Of a stretch of DNA of 64,000 nucleotides, positions 11,079 through 24,575 are shown one piece after another (positions within the stretch are counted from its first letter, which is position 1; every line of letters begins with the position of its first letter). The stretch comes from Okamejei kenojei (taxonomy: Eukaryota). The notes under the pieces are model-generated. The model ran no database searches. It was given only the letters and a program-made list of their open reading frames with translations, and was not told the origin of the DNA. Location of the stretch: positions 73,532,001 through 73,596,000 of the forward strand of contig CM069138.1 of the NCBI GenBank assembly GCA_035221665.1, in the 5' to 3' direction. The position numbers were made by a program, and so were the translations under genes.

Positions 11079-14000
11079 TGACGGAGAGGGGTAGCAATGG
11101 AGGCAATTGCTGGGGTGAATGGGAAGTAGAGAAACAGGGGTCAGTATGGAGAGAATGAGAAGTAACAGTGGATGGGTAAGAAAACGAGGCTGAATTTTTG
11201 GAATAAAATCATGCACAATGATAAGAGAACACTCACTTCCAGAATATAGAACAAGTGCTAAAATATTTGATGACTCAAAATTTGGCAAACATATAATTTG
11301 CTGAATCTGTTCGACTTAATATTTCATATGCTGTTCATATAGTTATTACTTGTCAGTCAAAGAAGCACTTTGTTATATATACACACATTTAAAGGAATTG
11401 CTGATGCCACTGAAATTAAATGTCAGAATAACCAAAAAAAAGACGTTTCAAACAGTCAAGTAAAACGACTACATCTACACAGTACATTGCAAATGATTAA
11501 TGGTCGAGGATGCAATTAATTAACTTTGGTTTACACACAGAAGTTCTATATGTTATTAAGCAAACACCAACTCTCCCCAACCACTCCACCCAAAATAAGT
11601 CCACTTGCCAAAAAACAGTGACCAATGAAGCCAAGAATTATTTTAGCCCCAATCTGAGCCAAACCTAAAATAGTGTAACTTCAGAGCGTGATGGTAGATC
11701 ATATTTGGTGGCTTTTGTCAATATAGTCCATAACTAGCAGGGAATTGAAGATAGATTGTCTAGCACTCCATTATATTTGGAGGAGATCAAGAGTAGTGTT
11801 TGGTGTTTATTTGGAGTGTGACCCCATATGTACAGTCCATTGTCTGAGGTCAAATACAAGAGAAAAAACAGCAGCATGATGGGGATAGTCTCAAAGGCTC
11901 AGGGAATGAAAATGACATTGAAGCAAGCTGAAGTGATCTGTACTGAAGTGATCAGGGAGAGGTCAGGGAGGGAATGTTGCAACGTCATTTTGACCATAGA
12001 GTTTGCTATTCATGATTTTTGGTTTGGAACACTTCAGTGTGGTGCTTGTAACAGAAACATGTTAAGGAATCTAGGCACAATTGAAGCAATTGATGTGAAC
12101 CTGATAATCTGTTCAAAATTTTTTGAAGCAAAGCAGGTTAGAGGAAAGAGAGACTGAAGGTAGGACATAGAGTGAAGTTCATTACACTATCAGTAGAGGG
12201 ATTGTTACACGTTTAGCTTCACCTGATTGGGTAGCCAAGATATTTTTCCCTCGATTTAAAAATACAATGCATCATCCTCCCCGTGAATACTAGGACTAAT
12301 GAGGTCCCTAGGATGTACCTTAAGATCCCTGCCAATAATTATAAGCAATGCTCACCACTCGACGTGCTACAAAATGTTGCTGGAATCCATACATAGACAG
12401 ATCTGGCCAATATAGAAACCAACTTAAGAGCTAGCAAAAACTAGGCAACAGCTTCTAAACTTTAGTAATATACCTCAGTCCCAGAAACAAACAACAGTTG
12501 TTCACAAGAGAGAATATGAGCTAGGAGATGTAAATTGCTTTCCTGGCCCCAAAGTAATTATGCATGCATATAACTACCAGTAAGCAAATCACAGTGAATA
12601 AAAGAAAGAGGAAGCCAGGGTGAACATGGAATAGTTCACATGAAAAGAAAATCATTGGACCATAAAGTAAGAGATAGAAGGTGTCATTCTCAAGACATTC
12701 TGTTCACAAGAAGAGTTTTGATAAGTTTTACAATACAAATTGGAATGCGAGGGAAGCAGGTATTTAAAGCATGAAGAATGATTAGCATCTTGTTATTCAG
12801 CCAAGCATGAATTTTAAAGGTTTACGGTAGTCTAATAGTCTGCAGGTCTATAATTAAGACAGGATACAGATTGATCAAAAGGGCGCTGTATACTGCAGAA
12901 CTATAATGTTGAGAGGTGCAAATATTTCAGCATTTGTCTGGACTTTTGATGAAAGTGAAGAATGAATCAACCAGCAGGTTAGAAGAAGTCAGAGTGGTCA
13001 AGAGTTGTCACAGACGATGTGTTGGTGCACCACTGCCCGTTGTTTGGTCTGACCTGATCTGTTAATGCTGCACTTGTTTGGATTGTCTGTCTGCTTTGTT
13101 TAACATTGATATACCATTCTCGTGATAAATGAATAAACTGGTTCTGAAGCTTTCTCCCACCAGGTTGGGCTTGAACCACAACTATTCTAAAATTTAACAA
13201 TGCGTATGAATCTGTGGAAGTGGCAGAAAAGAGTTAAAAAGTGATTAGAACCAAGTAAGACTCAGTGATTGGGCAGAGAATATAAAAGCACGGTAGCTAG
13301 TGCTGAAACAAAATACTGGTTTTGTGCACTAGAGTATTGTGCACAATTCTGGTCACTGTGCAGAAGGGAAGATGAGAAGACTCAAGAGTTAGCGGAAAAA
13401 TAGATTTGGAAGAATGATCCAGGAATGAATGATTCCGTACCGTCAATAGACATGATCTGTTCTCCTTTGCACCAAGAAGGCCAACAGGTAAATCAGTAAA
13501 AGTATTCAATCAAGGGCCAAGCCAAAGTGAATAAAGGGAATCAGTTGCTTTGGACAGAAGGGTCAAGGACACAGATATAAGTTGATTGATTAAAAAATGG
13601 AATATTTTCCTACCTGAACAGGGGTTGTGAAATAGTAAATATAAATTTTAATGTAATGTTTGAATGAGAATTGGATAGACACTTGGGAGAGAGAGTTATC
13701 TGGCAAGCATATGCAAGTGGGTCTGAGTGGATATTGTTCAGTGAAAGACAGATCAGGATCCTTACACAGAGTGGGTGCCATCCACAATAAAAACAAGTAT
13801 AGCACATAGAACCATATAGCAGAGGAGAAGGCCCTTCTGCCCACATGGTCTGTGACGAACATGATGCTAAACTAAACACGCTGACCACTAGATACGTTGC
13901 CCCCTCAGAGAGCTAGTAGTAGAAGCAAGGCCTCCTGTAAACTTTGGGCTGGAGTTGGCTGATTGCAGAACTCATTTGGTCTACACTACTATTCATGATT

Positions 14001-14299
14001 CTGCTGGACACACGAGGAACTATTCAACACACCACGGGGAAATGTGCCGGGAAAGTAGATGATGTCCGCCACACTTGTGCCATGTACAAACGATCACCAG
14101 TCTTTAAAGATACACCGTGAAACCCACAGTGAGGTATATACAATTATCTTGAATGGGCAACATTTTTTTTTGGGAAACATGATTATCTGTTGAGTCAAAG
14201 CTTCCAAATACACAATATGCTTTAAAATAGCTAGGAGGAAAAAGTTGATGAGATGTTTTACTGAGAAGGATATAGCAGCGTGCATTGGGAGCTGTTATT

Positions 14300-14532
14300 C
14301 ATAGAAACATAGAAAATAAGTGCAGGAGGAGGCCATTCGGCCCTTCGAGCCTGCACCGCCATTCATTGTGATCATGGCTGATCGTTCGCTATAAATAACC
14401 AGTGTCTGCCTTCTCCCCATATCCCTTGACTCCACTAGCCCCTAGAGCTCTATCCAACTCTCTCTTAAATCCATCCAGTGATTTGGCCTCCACTGCCCTC
14501 TGTGGCAGGGAATTCCATAAATTCACAACTCT
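14300..14532 (-). mobile_element. Young CR1 3' end
   Basis: catagaaacatagaaaataagtgcaggaggaggccattcggcccttc... is nearly identical to the terminus of the copy at 34586-34815. Confidence 0.85.
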
Positions 14533-15120
14533 TTTAATAGGTGAGTGGTAAACCAGAGGTGAGCTCCCCTAAATATTCAAAGATTTACTTTTATTGGAAT
14601 ATATAAATTGACTTGGCAGACAAGACAAAACATGAGAATAGTGTTATGGATTATAGTAGCAGATATGAGGAGGGCATATACAAGCCAGATACATCTACAA
14701 AGTAATTTATGCATGAATGACAGAGGGAAATCATGAAATCTAACTGGTCCTATTTGTATGAGGTGTGTGGAGCAGAGGGGCGTCAAATATAAGACGAAGG
14801 GACATTGGAGCGAATATTCATAAATTTCTGAAGTTGGCAAGGAAGTTGAGAAAATAAATTATTTGAATTGTAAGTAGGGTCAATTAATACATAAACAAAG
14901 AAATCATGCTATATCACACTGACAGGCATCTTCTTAATTAATGCTCATGATTCTCACCATCATTTTTAAGCAGGGAAATCAAGATTCAGAGAAGATACCG
15001 TGGAAGTTTTCTTAGATGTTTATCTTGGATGACTGGCTATAGTAGTCTGAAGTGACTGGAAACACTTGCAGATGGTTTAAGAGACACCCAAGCAGGGTAT
15101 TCAAAATTCTAAGGAGATTT

Positions 15121-15158
<38 letters not shown>

Positions 15159-15390
15159 GGGAGGGGCGGAGGGAGGGGGGGAGGGAGGGGGGGGGGAGGG
15201 AGGGTATCTGAATGGCCCCTATACAAATATCTGAAGGGGCTGCACCTCAAGTTTGGACATAAGCCAGGGAGTGGGGAGGGCCGATCGGGGGGAGGGGGAG
15301 AAATCTCCCTGTTGGTTTGTTCCTGGGCTTGGTCAAGATGCTCATTTGCGGGTCCTCCCGATCCGCCACACCCCCCCCCCCCCCCCCCCC

Positions 15391-15427
<37 letters not shown>

Positions 15428-15429
<2 letters not shown>

Positions 15430-15513
15430 CTATTACCGTAATTCTCCGAGTTTGAATCAGGGAAAACTCGGGAGAACTCTTGAATTACCTCGTACAGTGG
15501 GACAGGCCCTTTA
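15428..15513. mobile_element. Single arm of a Harbinger-like MITE
   Basis: Ends gtgggacaggcccttta, the same terminus as the element at 39680-40012. The other arm is not recognisable because the adjacent sequence is G/C homopolymer. Confidence 0.55.
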
Positions 15514-16069
15514 CCATTACCTATGACTCTGTCATCAGTGCAGCAAGCTTTAATAATCTGGATGGGCCAAATAATTACAATGAATATCATACCAGGTCAT
15601 TGCCTGTGTATCCTGTGGCGAATGAGTCACTTCCTAACAGTACAACACCTTTCCACTGCCTACATGAAATCATTCAGGAGCATGATGGAATATCCTCTAC
15701 CTGCTCCAACAACGCTCAAGCAACTCTGCACCATTCACACCAAAACACTGCACTTGGCTAGAGTCTTAAACAACACGGCGAACATGCCACCATCTGCGAT
15801 GCACAGTAGCTTCAGTGGGTCCCCTCTACAGAATGCACTGCAGGTACTCACCAGGCTAATCTTAAGGCGACCTCACAAACGTGCAATCTTTATGACCCAG
15901 AATAATGTTGAAGAAAGAGCACGAGGCCACCACAACCAACAGTTTGCAAGTCCTCTCCAAGTTGCACTGTATCTTGCCTGACTATAAACCAGAATGTTTT
16001 TTTGGCCCCTCAGATCCAGTCAGTTCCCAGCAAAAAAATTCCTGCAAGTCCCTCTCACCCTCTGATGGA

Positions 16070-16400
16070 ATTCAACAAAATTATGAGATGTGTCAATTGG
16101 GTTGATGATAAGATGGTACAGATGTCGAAGGCCAGAAGACATAGGTTGAAGGCGAGGAGTCAAAAGTTTGCAGGAGAACAAAGGAATATTTTTTGTCACT
16201 CAGCAGTTGATTGCAATCTGGAATGCTTTGCAGGAGAAGGTGATGGGGGCAAGTGTGCACACAATGCTTAAGCTTGTGGGAGAGCACATAATTACCTAGA
16301 CATAGTTGGCTTGGTAAATGTGATGTGTAAAGACAGGGCTTATTGATCAGCAGGGGCATGAAGGATCATGTACTATTCTGTACTAAATGATTATATGACT
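16070..16400 (+). mobile_element. Old CR1 3' fragment
   Basis: aaaattatgaga...gacataggttgaaggcgaggagtcaaaagttt...ctggaatgcttt...tactattctgtac...tatgact. Confidence 0.6.
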
Positions 16401-17132
16401 CGGGGTACTAAAAAGTGGAGGATTGATTTGAGTGAAATGTTGGGAATGCAATAAATGGGACACGACATTCACCTTTCACAAACAACTCTGCGTACAGACA
16501 TCTCGGATTGGGATCCTCCTTCCCAACCACTTCCCCATTAAAGCTTTCATGACGGGATGCTGCCCGAAGCCATGTTTACTAACTCAAGTGATTATCAATT
16601 TCAATCCAGCAAGATTCTGAAGTGCCTCAAGAGTTTGCCAAATACTGAGGTGAAGAAACACTGGGTTGCGCAATGATGAGAATGAATTGAAAACTGGTTT
16701 TTAATTGTTGTGATCCTTCATGCCTTTATAAAATAACAAAATAATTTCTCCTTTCTGAATTGCAGTGACAAAAGTACATATCATCGTGTGCTATCATTTA
16801 CAATGCTGTAAGTAAAGGGTTGTTTCCATCATCGAAAACAATTCAATATAATGTGTAAAACTGTCCAAACCAAAACCACAGTGTCCTTTAGCAAGTTTCT
16901 CCATTGCGCATTCACTTCTCCTTTAATTGTGGATGTATACCAATAAATATGAAGAGAGAGTATATAAAACACACCGCAAAGTTATCTCAAAACTGAACTA
17001 AACACAAGAAGGCCAATGAATAAGTGCGGTTTTTGTTCCTTTGAAGAGCGGCAGTGTATCCTGCGTTAGATACTCTGCGGAACAGCAACGAAGGGCAGCA
17101 ATGATGATCACTGTTAGAAAAGTCTTACTGGA

Positions 17133-17384
17133 CACGGCAGGGTGGTGCAGCAGTAGAGTTGCTGCCTTACAGCGCCAGAGGCCCGGGTTCGATCTTGACA
17201 GTGGGTGCTTTGTATTAGTTTGTAATTTTTCCCTGTGATCTGCCTGGGTTTTCTCCGGGAGCTCGAGTTTCCTCCCCCTCTCCAAAGACGTGTAGGCTTG
17301 GTTAAATTATAAAGTGTGTGTGCGCGTGTGAAACACTGGTCAGTGGGCCAAAGGGCCTGTTTCCGCACTGTATCGCTAAACTAA
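17133..17384 (+). mobile_element. V-SINE (HE1-like) copy
   Basis: ggtggtgcagcagtagagttgctgccttacagcgccagaggcccgggttcgatcttgac...ttcctcccctctccaaagacgtg...gggccaaagggcctgtttccgcactgtatcgctaaactaa. Confidence 0.8.
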
Positions 17385-18002
17385 GGTGCTATGCTGAAAT
17401 ATTAGTTAACAGCAACAAAGGGCAGCAATGGTGATCACTGTTAGAACAGTCTTACAGAAATATCCTGAAGTAACCACTACATTTGAATACCTTGCATAAT
17501 GTCTGTGTGATATGGTCATAGTTACAGCAGCCATCAACCTCATTGCTGGATGATAATAAAACTGACTGAAGCTTTGTTCTTAGTTTCACTTTAAAACAAA
17601 ACTTTAAAGTTTGCCCTGCAGCTCGATTATGTTCAATGCTCAACTGTCTTCAGCTGGCAGAGCTCCTGAAAGTGAATGGGATGCTCAAACTTAAAATGAC
17701 TAAACTGCAATTAAGATTAGAATCTGGCTGGAATCAATCTTCACTTTAACCATTTTGGAGTCATGAAACATATCTGCTCAGTTTTGAACATTTATGCAAC
17801 AATTGCAAGCACAAAGCGAGTTGACACATACGTTTATTAAATGCAAAAGGACAGATATTGTCGTGCGGGAATTTATTTGTCTTGGAGCAGACAAATAGGA
17901 GGTAGGGTTAACAATACATCCACATAGTCCTGTAGTCCCAGGTAGCTTGCTAAATTCAGGCTGGCACCTCATGGCAGGAGCATTTCAGTGGGTTAGGCAG
18001 CA

Positions 18003-18135
18003 GAATGAAGAAAGGTCTTGACCCGAAACATCTATTCCTTTTCTTCAAAGATGATGCCTGACCCGCTGAGTGACTCCAGCATTTTGTGACTATCTTCAGT
18101 GTCTATCTGCAGCATCTGCAGTTCCTTCCTACACC
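18003..18135 (+). mobile_element. Penelope-like terminal-repeat fragment with degenerate hammerhead-like core
   Basis: atgaagaaaggtcttgacccgaaacatc...gatgatgcctgacccgctgagtgactccagc...cagcatctgcagttccttcc. Confidence 0.65.
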
Positions 18136-18589
18136 TCATTAAATGATTCAGGTGTTTGCTTTGCATCTATTTGTGCTTTTCTATCACTGCAGTAAAGGAG
18201 GAAAGAGATGCAGCTGTGAGGAGTGACAAAACTAGTGCTCAGAGAAAGGCTTCATATATAGAGTTTTTACTCTTCTCACTTCTGACTCTTTGTACAGAAT
18301 ACGCATGATGAATGGGAGCTGGGTTTTCACGAGGTACACATTCCTTGCATGCATGTTCACACTATAATCCTCGCATTCCCGAAAAATAAACCTGACAATA
18401 GTTTTGCAGGATCCTAGTCGGTATGCAGTATGATGCGTGCCTTCTGTTCTCAGCCTACTTCCCTCCCACTCTAATCAAGTCTTCCCTCATAAATGTGGGG
18501 CCTGCAAGTCCAAAATGGAAGAGGAATCATTGATGCTGGAAGTGAAACATATGTATGGACTCCACATTTCATTGAGTGCAAGCACCCAT

Positions 18590-19347
18590 GGTTTGAATGA
18601 GTTTCCACCAGGTCAACTGCTTCTTCAAATATCTCACCAATTTGTGATAAATGTCTTTCTCAAAATGCCAATCTTCCGTTTCTTGCATAAAACTTCAAAG
18701 TTTTTGGTGCGATATATTTGATATATTCACTAGTTTATTTAAGATAAAAATGGAACACAGCATGGTAATGATTATCTTTGGAGATGAAACTAAATTAAAT
18801 ATATCCCAAATCTAATTTTTTAATTATGGTTTAATAATAGTGAAAAAACTCATACTTAAAAATTTTGGAAAAAGGCTACTATACAAACACTCAAAATGTG
18901 GATTGGTAATATATTGGAAATGGCACATTTGGAAGAAATGAGACTCCTCCTAATAGAAAAAAAGACCACTTCTTAACGAGTTGGTCTCCATTTATTGACG
19001 TTGTGGAATGTGGTGTAATATCATCATAAAATTAAACATTCTGGGTTTGACTGGAAATTGATTAAGAATATTAAAAAAAAAACATCGACTGGTTGTGTGG
19101 GAGAATCTCCTTTCTGCTTTACTTTCTCACATTTCTTTCTTCACTCTACACTCACTAGTCTATTCTTCACTCTTCACGACTTCTTTCTTTCTCATTTCTT
19201 TCTTTAAAAAAATGTTTTTAAAAAAAAGGAAGCTGTACAAATAATGTTTTAATAATTCTGGGAACCTGTAAAAAGGTACCATTAAAATGTAATGTACTCA
19301 CTTCTAATAAATAAAATCTTTGACTCAGAAAAAAAAAAAAAAAAAAA
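18590..19347 (+). mobile_element. L1/Tx1-clade LINE 3' end with poly(A)
   Basis: Decayed ORF2 C-terminus (SPICDKC..., FNYGLI, KKLIL, FWK, TLKMWI, HLEEMR), a pyrimidine-rich 3' UTR, AATAAA and an A-tail at about 19329-19347. Confidence 0.7.
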
Positions 19348-20029
19348 CTTCTTCGAACAGAAGCTGCTCATCGAGCCACACCACGGTGCACAAACTAATT
19401 TGTGTGTGTCTACGTATAAGGTTGATAAATAGCAGAACCGGGGCATAGACGTGGAAATACGACCTAGAATAAGCGGTGCTGCAGCCCTACTTCTTCTATT
19501 GAAGATTGTGCCCATTATTAGAGCATAAATTTATCATATATACGCTAGTGCAAGTGAACTTTGCACAACTAGAAAAGACTGTCATCATTCATAGCTGTTA
19601 CTGTCTATTTTGCTGTTGGACTCTAATGCCTCTCATTTGACCCAGACAATCACCATTAATTGATGGTAGGAAAGAGAAAGAAAGGATATTCCCAGCTGCC
19701 TGAGCCTATTCGATAACCTGGAGTACTGGCATAATCAGGTCCAAGAAGCAGGTTAGGAAATAATTCCCAAAAACACACAGGGTCTACTGTGTGAAAATTT
19801 TACCTGCTCACAGAAGACATCAGAAGCACCCTGCAAAAAGCACCTTAAAGGCACCTAATCGAAGAACAAAGAGAAACAGTTAGATGGTTAGTTCTTGTAT
19901 ATAGTCCTAACCATTCTTCAAGTTATTAAGTAAATCTAAATTATACAGCAGAGCTGTATAAATAAGGGACATTCATTTGATATAATTTTTCTAGGTGTTT
20001 AAACTCAATTAGATAAGAATATAAGAAAA

Positions 20030-20235
20030 TAGGGAGCAGGGCTAGGCCACTGGGTCCCTTGTGGTTTATCTGCACCCGGCTTCACCTTCTCTGCCAATCC
20101 CCATAGCACTCAACTCATTGATCTTCCAACAATTTTCTATCTACCCTCAACTATTGTAGCATCTACAATCCTCTGGAGCAGAGAAACGCAACAGATTCAC
20201 CATCCTGTGTAAGAAGTTGTTCTTTGCAACGGTTT
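20030..20235 (-). mobile_element. Old CR1 3' fragment
   Basis: ataagaaaatagggagcagggctaggccac...ccccatagc...ctctggagcagag...agattcacca. Confidence 0.5.
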
Positions 20236-20699
20236 TAAATTAAATACATTGAAAACAAAACGTGGAATGTGAATAAAATCTTTGTTATATATTGAGGAAA
20301 TAATGCTACATTTTGGATTTTCCCAGCTACAGCAACAATTAACTGCTTGGAGGAAGTGTGCATAGTCACCATTGTCAGATTATTGGTTTATTCTTGACAG
20401 AAATGCACAAAATACTTAATTCTGCAAATTAAACTGCTAATTCCTGGGGGGGGGGGGGGGGGTGTTGGGGAGAAAAGAGCAAGAGGGAATGCAAGCACAG
20501 GAGAACACGAGAGCAAGAGAGTGCGACTGTACGTGCCTGGGCCCTTGCACAGCAATGACTGACTGGCATTGTAGTTGGGGTAGTCAATCATTGTCTTGGT
20601 AATAATAGCCTTCTCATGTTTCATAAGCATTCACTGAGATATTTGATCTTTCCCCCACATTCGCCAACCCACCCTACCATTCTGTGGCTCCGACATCCA

Positions 20700-21180
20700 T
20701 CATCATGAAGTGCCTCGAGAGGTTGATCATGGTGTACATCAACTCCAGCCTCCACTGTAATTCACCAACTACTGCAACAGGCCAAGGGCAGATGCCATTT
20801 CCCTGGTGTTAGACTCATTCCCGAAGCAAGTGGATAACAAGCAACACCCAGTTCAGACTCCTATTTATTAACCATAGCTCCGGCTCAAACACCATAATTC
20901 TGACCAAACTCAGCAGCCGCACCGGCCCCACAACTGGATCCATAACGTCCTGACCCATAGGCTGCAATCACCAAAGATAGATGACAAAGCATCCTCCACA
21001 ATTATTCTCTAACACTGGTGCCTTTGTGTTCTCAGTCACTTACAATACTCTCTAAACATTCACCGCTGGGCAGACAAATTATGCATTAACTCCATTTACA
21101 AATTCTCCAATGATACCACGATCTTGGGCAGGATCTCAAACAACGAGGCTGAGTACTGGAAGGAGATAGAAAGCACATGA
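20700..21180 (+). mobile_element. Rex1/Babar-like LINE reverse-transcriptase remnant
   Basis: Decayed RT motifs: agactcctatttattaaccatagctcc (RLLFI.YSS), aacaccataatt (NTII), aactggatc (NWI), aacactggtgcc (NTGA), aaattctccaatgataccacg (KFADDTT-like). Confidence 0.65.
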
Positions 21181-21829
21181 AAATAGTGAGGGGCGGAGGA
21201 TCAACTGCAATCTTGATAAATGTCTACGCCATCTCAAAATGGGCTGGGTGACTTCTCCTGCTGTTATTGCATATGTTTTTAGATAGGTTTAAAACCGGTT
21301 AAGTTTGTTTGTAAGATAGAGGCTTCAGGCTTTGAAAGGTTTTTAAAGGAGAAAGAAGATTTTTAGAATTATAAATTAGCCCAGGAATTATGCCAATAGC
21401 AAAATCAAAAGATGCTTAAGCCCCAGTACATTATTTCCACCACTGCAAAGTAATCATGCATGCACAACCTGACAAATCTACCAGACACCCAATTTAAGAG
21501 AATTAAACTGACCATAAATGGGAAAGGTTACCACAAATGTGAAGGGAACATGAAACTGAGGCAGTAAAAGGCATCACAAGGAGTTGTTAAGATATTGTCA
21601 CAACATTCTGTTAGCACTAAGAGTTGTAAGAAGTTCTGCAAAGTGAGCTGGAATGCAAAGAAAGCAGAGGTTACAAACAGGGAGAACTGATAATGCAATA
21701 TCCATGCAATGGATGAGTTTCACGGCATTGAATGTCAAATATTCTGTAGCTCCATAATTAAAAAACAGGAAACAGATCAATGTGCGATAGCACCAAGCAA
21801 CAAAACTTTAAAAGTTCACATATATAAGG

Positions 21830-21950
21830 TCATAAGTCAAGGAGCAGAATTAGGCCATTCAGCCCATCGTCTACTCCGCCATTCAATCATTGTTGATCTA
21901 TCTCTCCCTCTTAACCCCATTCTCCCCATAACCCGACACCCATATATTTC
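21830..21950 (-). mobile_element. CR1 3' tail
   Basis: cataagtcaaggagcagaattaggccattcagcccatcg...cttaaccccattctc. Confidence 0.65.
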
Positions 21951-22464
21951 AGCATAAGACTGTGTCTTCCCTGAATGGTGGGGTTCTCTCCAAACTTTCA
22001 CCTGGGTACAGGAAACAGAGCTATCAGAAAATGGGGGCAGCACAGATACAATGCAGCCAGCAGTTTGGACCAGTCTGTTAATATTGTAATTTCATAGATC
22101 ATGAGCCTGCTTTGTTTAACATGTGTTTTTGCAACTGTCATGATAATTGAATAAACCAATGTAAAATCTAACAGCACCAATTCTAAATACACAGCAGCTA
22201 CTATTCCAGTGACTCTGCAGTCACATCAGAGTTTGTCACCTGCATAAATAGGTTATCACATCCATTGCAGCAAGCTAAATAACCAACTGCAAGCACTATT
22301 TCATTAGCTACCGTGTACCTAATATTTAAATAAATTAACAACTAATAGGGAGAAGATAACTACAAATGTTACTTGATATATATAATGGGTAAGATTAATG
22401 CATTGCTAACTTTTGCAACAAGCTGGCTCTTAAGCTCTCACTCAAGTTGGTTTGCACTACATCT

Positions 22465-22820
22465 GGGACGCAGGAGGATGAGGGGGTGATCTAATGGAGG
22501 TGTATACGATCATGAGGGGAATAGATTGGGTAGATGCACAGAGTGGCTTGCCCAGAGTAGGTGAATCGAGGACGAGAGGACAGGGGAAATATTTAATAGG
22601 AATATAAGCGGCAACTTTTTCACACAAAGGATGGTGGATGTATGGAACAAGCTGCCAGAGGAGGTCTTTGAGGCTGGGACTATTCCAACATTTAAGAAAC
22701 CGTTAGGTACATGGAAAGGACAGATTTGGAAGGATATGGACCAAATGCGGGCAAGTGGGACATGTTGGCCGGTGTGGGCAAGTTGGGCCGAAGGGCCTGT
22801 TTCCTCACTGTATGACTACA
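22465..22820 (+). mobile_element. CR1 3' fragment
   Basis: aggaggatgagggggtgatctaatggaggtgtatacgatcatgaggggaatag...tggaacaagctgccagaggagg...gggccgaagggcctgtttcc...tatgact. Confidence 0.85.
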
Positions 22821-22861
22821 TATCATTTTAAAATCCAACATCGCCGATTCTACCTTTAGTG

Positions 22862-22965
22862 AAGGCAAGAAACTGCAGATGGTGGTATATTGAGCAAAAA
22901 AATATGCAAACTGCTGGAGGAACTCAGCAGGCCAATGGCAGTTGTGGAGGGAAATGGAGGACAAT
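22862..22965 (-). mobile_element. Penelope-like terminal-repeat fragment
   Basis: aagaaactgcagatggtgg...ctgctggaggaactcagc, the reverse complement of the shared tail. Confidence 0.55.
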
Positions 22966-23654
22966 GTTTTTCATCACTCTTGTTTTTTTTTTTAAAAAAA
23001 CTGCTAATGAATTTAGATCCCTTGATGTCTTTTAAGGATTCTGTGATCCTGTTGTCCTTAAATTGTTTATTCCATGCAAGCTTCACAAGTGTTACCGACT
23101 GTGGTGATTATGCCAAACACAATTTTAAATGAAACTAGTGTTCCTCCATCAGAGTACATATAAACACTGATGAAAATAATGACTATATAACTGATCGTCT
23201 TTTTCCTCCAACCACTTATTTTATAAACTTAATAATATTCTGTAAATGCATTACACAAATGCAGACAATTTTGCAAGGTTTGTGGAGAATAATGGATACC
23301 TGGAAATGATTACAAGGCAGTTATTTGATTGAAGCCTTGACATGGTAACATAAAGTGCGAGAAAAATGTTTGAGTGGTTTATAACAGACATCTGAATCTC
23401 TAGATTAGATTACCGGCCAGTAATCACTTTTTAAAATATATACAGTTTTAATTTTAAATGGAGCTTTATTATATTTTCTGTTTGCCATGCTTGTTCATGC
23501 CAGTACCAACTGTCAATGCACTCACTGTTAATTAATCTAAAGGATTAATTACTGTGATGTAGTCCCTTTGGCTGGAGTTTCTTACGAAGGTGCAGATCGG
23601 AGGTTAGAGCCAAATATGTCCTGATGTTGTGTTTGTATCCCCCTAATCTTTTAA

Positions 23655-23835
23655 NNNNNNNNNNNNNNNNNNNNNNNNNNNNNNNNNNNNNNNNNNNNNN
23701 NNNNNNNNNNNNNNNNNNNNNNNNNNNNNNNNNNNNNNNNNNNNNNNNNNNNNNNNNNNNNNNNNNNNNNNNNNNNNNNNNNNNNNNNNNNNNNNNNNNN
23801 NNNNNNNNNNNNNNNNNNNNNNNNNNNNNNNNNNN
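23655..23835. other. Assembly gap (181 N)
   Basis: Run of n. Confidence 0.99.
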
Positions 23836-24384
23836 ACCTATAGCAATGGAGCCCCAAGGAGTAATCTCAATATCTAGATTTCAACTAAAGCCACAAACAT
23901 TTATTCATCTCAGACTTTTCACAAATTTCTAACAGAGAAGCCTTTGATATATCTTGATGTGATATAACCAAGCCAGAAAAATACACTAAAAGAAATAAAC
24001 CATAGAATAGTTCTGCTAATTTTCAGATGATAAATATTTCAAAATGCTCAAAACATTTTAAATTAAAAAGCAGAAAAATCCTGCACCAGTAAAGCTGGAC
24101 ACATTATTGCAAGTTCGCCCTCCCCCTTGCAAGAATATAATTGGAGTGCTATCATAATTAAGAGTTGGAAGCATCATCAGCTTTGTGTAACATTTAATTG
24201 GAAGAAAGTTCATGGAGCAAAAATATCAAGGAGTTTGGACTGTATTGTGGTTGGGTACATGAAATGAATATAATTAATTTGGGCCTAGTTTACCTTGGTT
24301 GCCTGGGGGCTGTAGTGCGGAGAGAAGTCCAGCCCTGGAAATGGTACAGCAAAATTAACTTCCCATACAATTTGTTTAATATCC

Positions 24385-24575
24385 CTCAGAGTGTGGTGGG
24401 TATATGGAACAAGCTGCCAGAGGAGGCAGCTTAGATTATACCATAACAGCTTTTAAAAGACAATTGGGCAGGTACATGGATAGGAATGGTTTCGAGGGAG
24501 ATGGGACAAACACTGGTAAATGGGACTAACTTAGATGGGGCATCTTGCATGACCCGTTTCCATTCTGTATGATGT
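24385..24575 (+). mobile_element. CR1 3' fragment
   Basis: cagagtgtggtgggtatatggaacaagctgccagaggagg...aggtacatggatagg...ctgtatga. Confidence 0.75.

Noticed and set aside
15052-15590. Poly-Gly/poly-Pro ORFs
   Set aside because: Derived from homopolymer runs of doubtful assembly quality.
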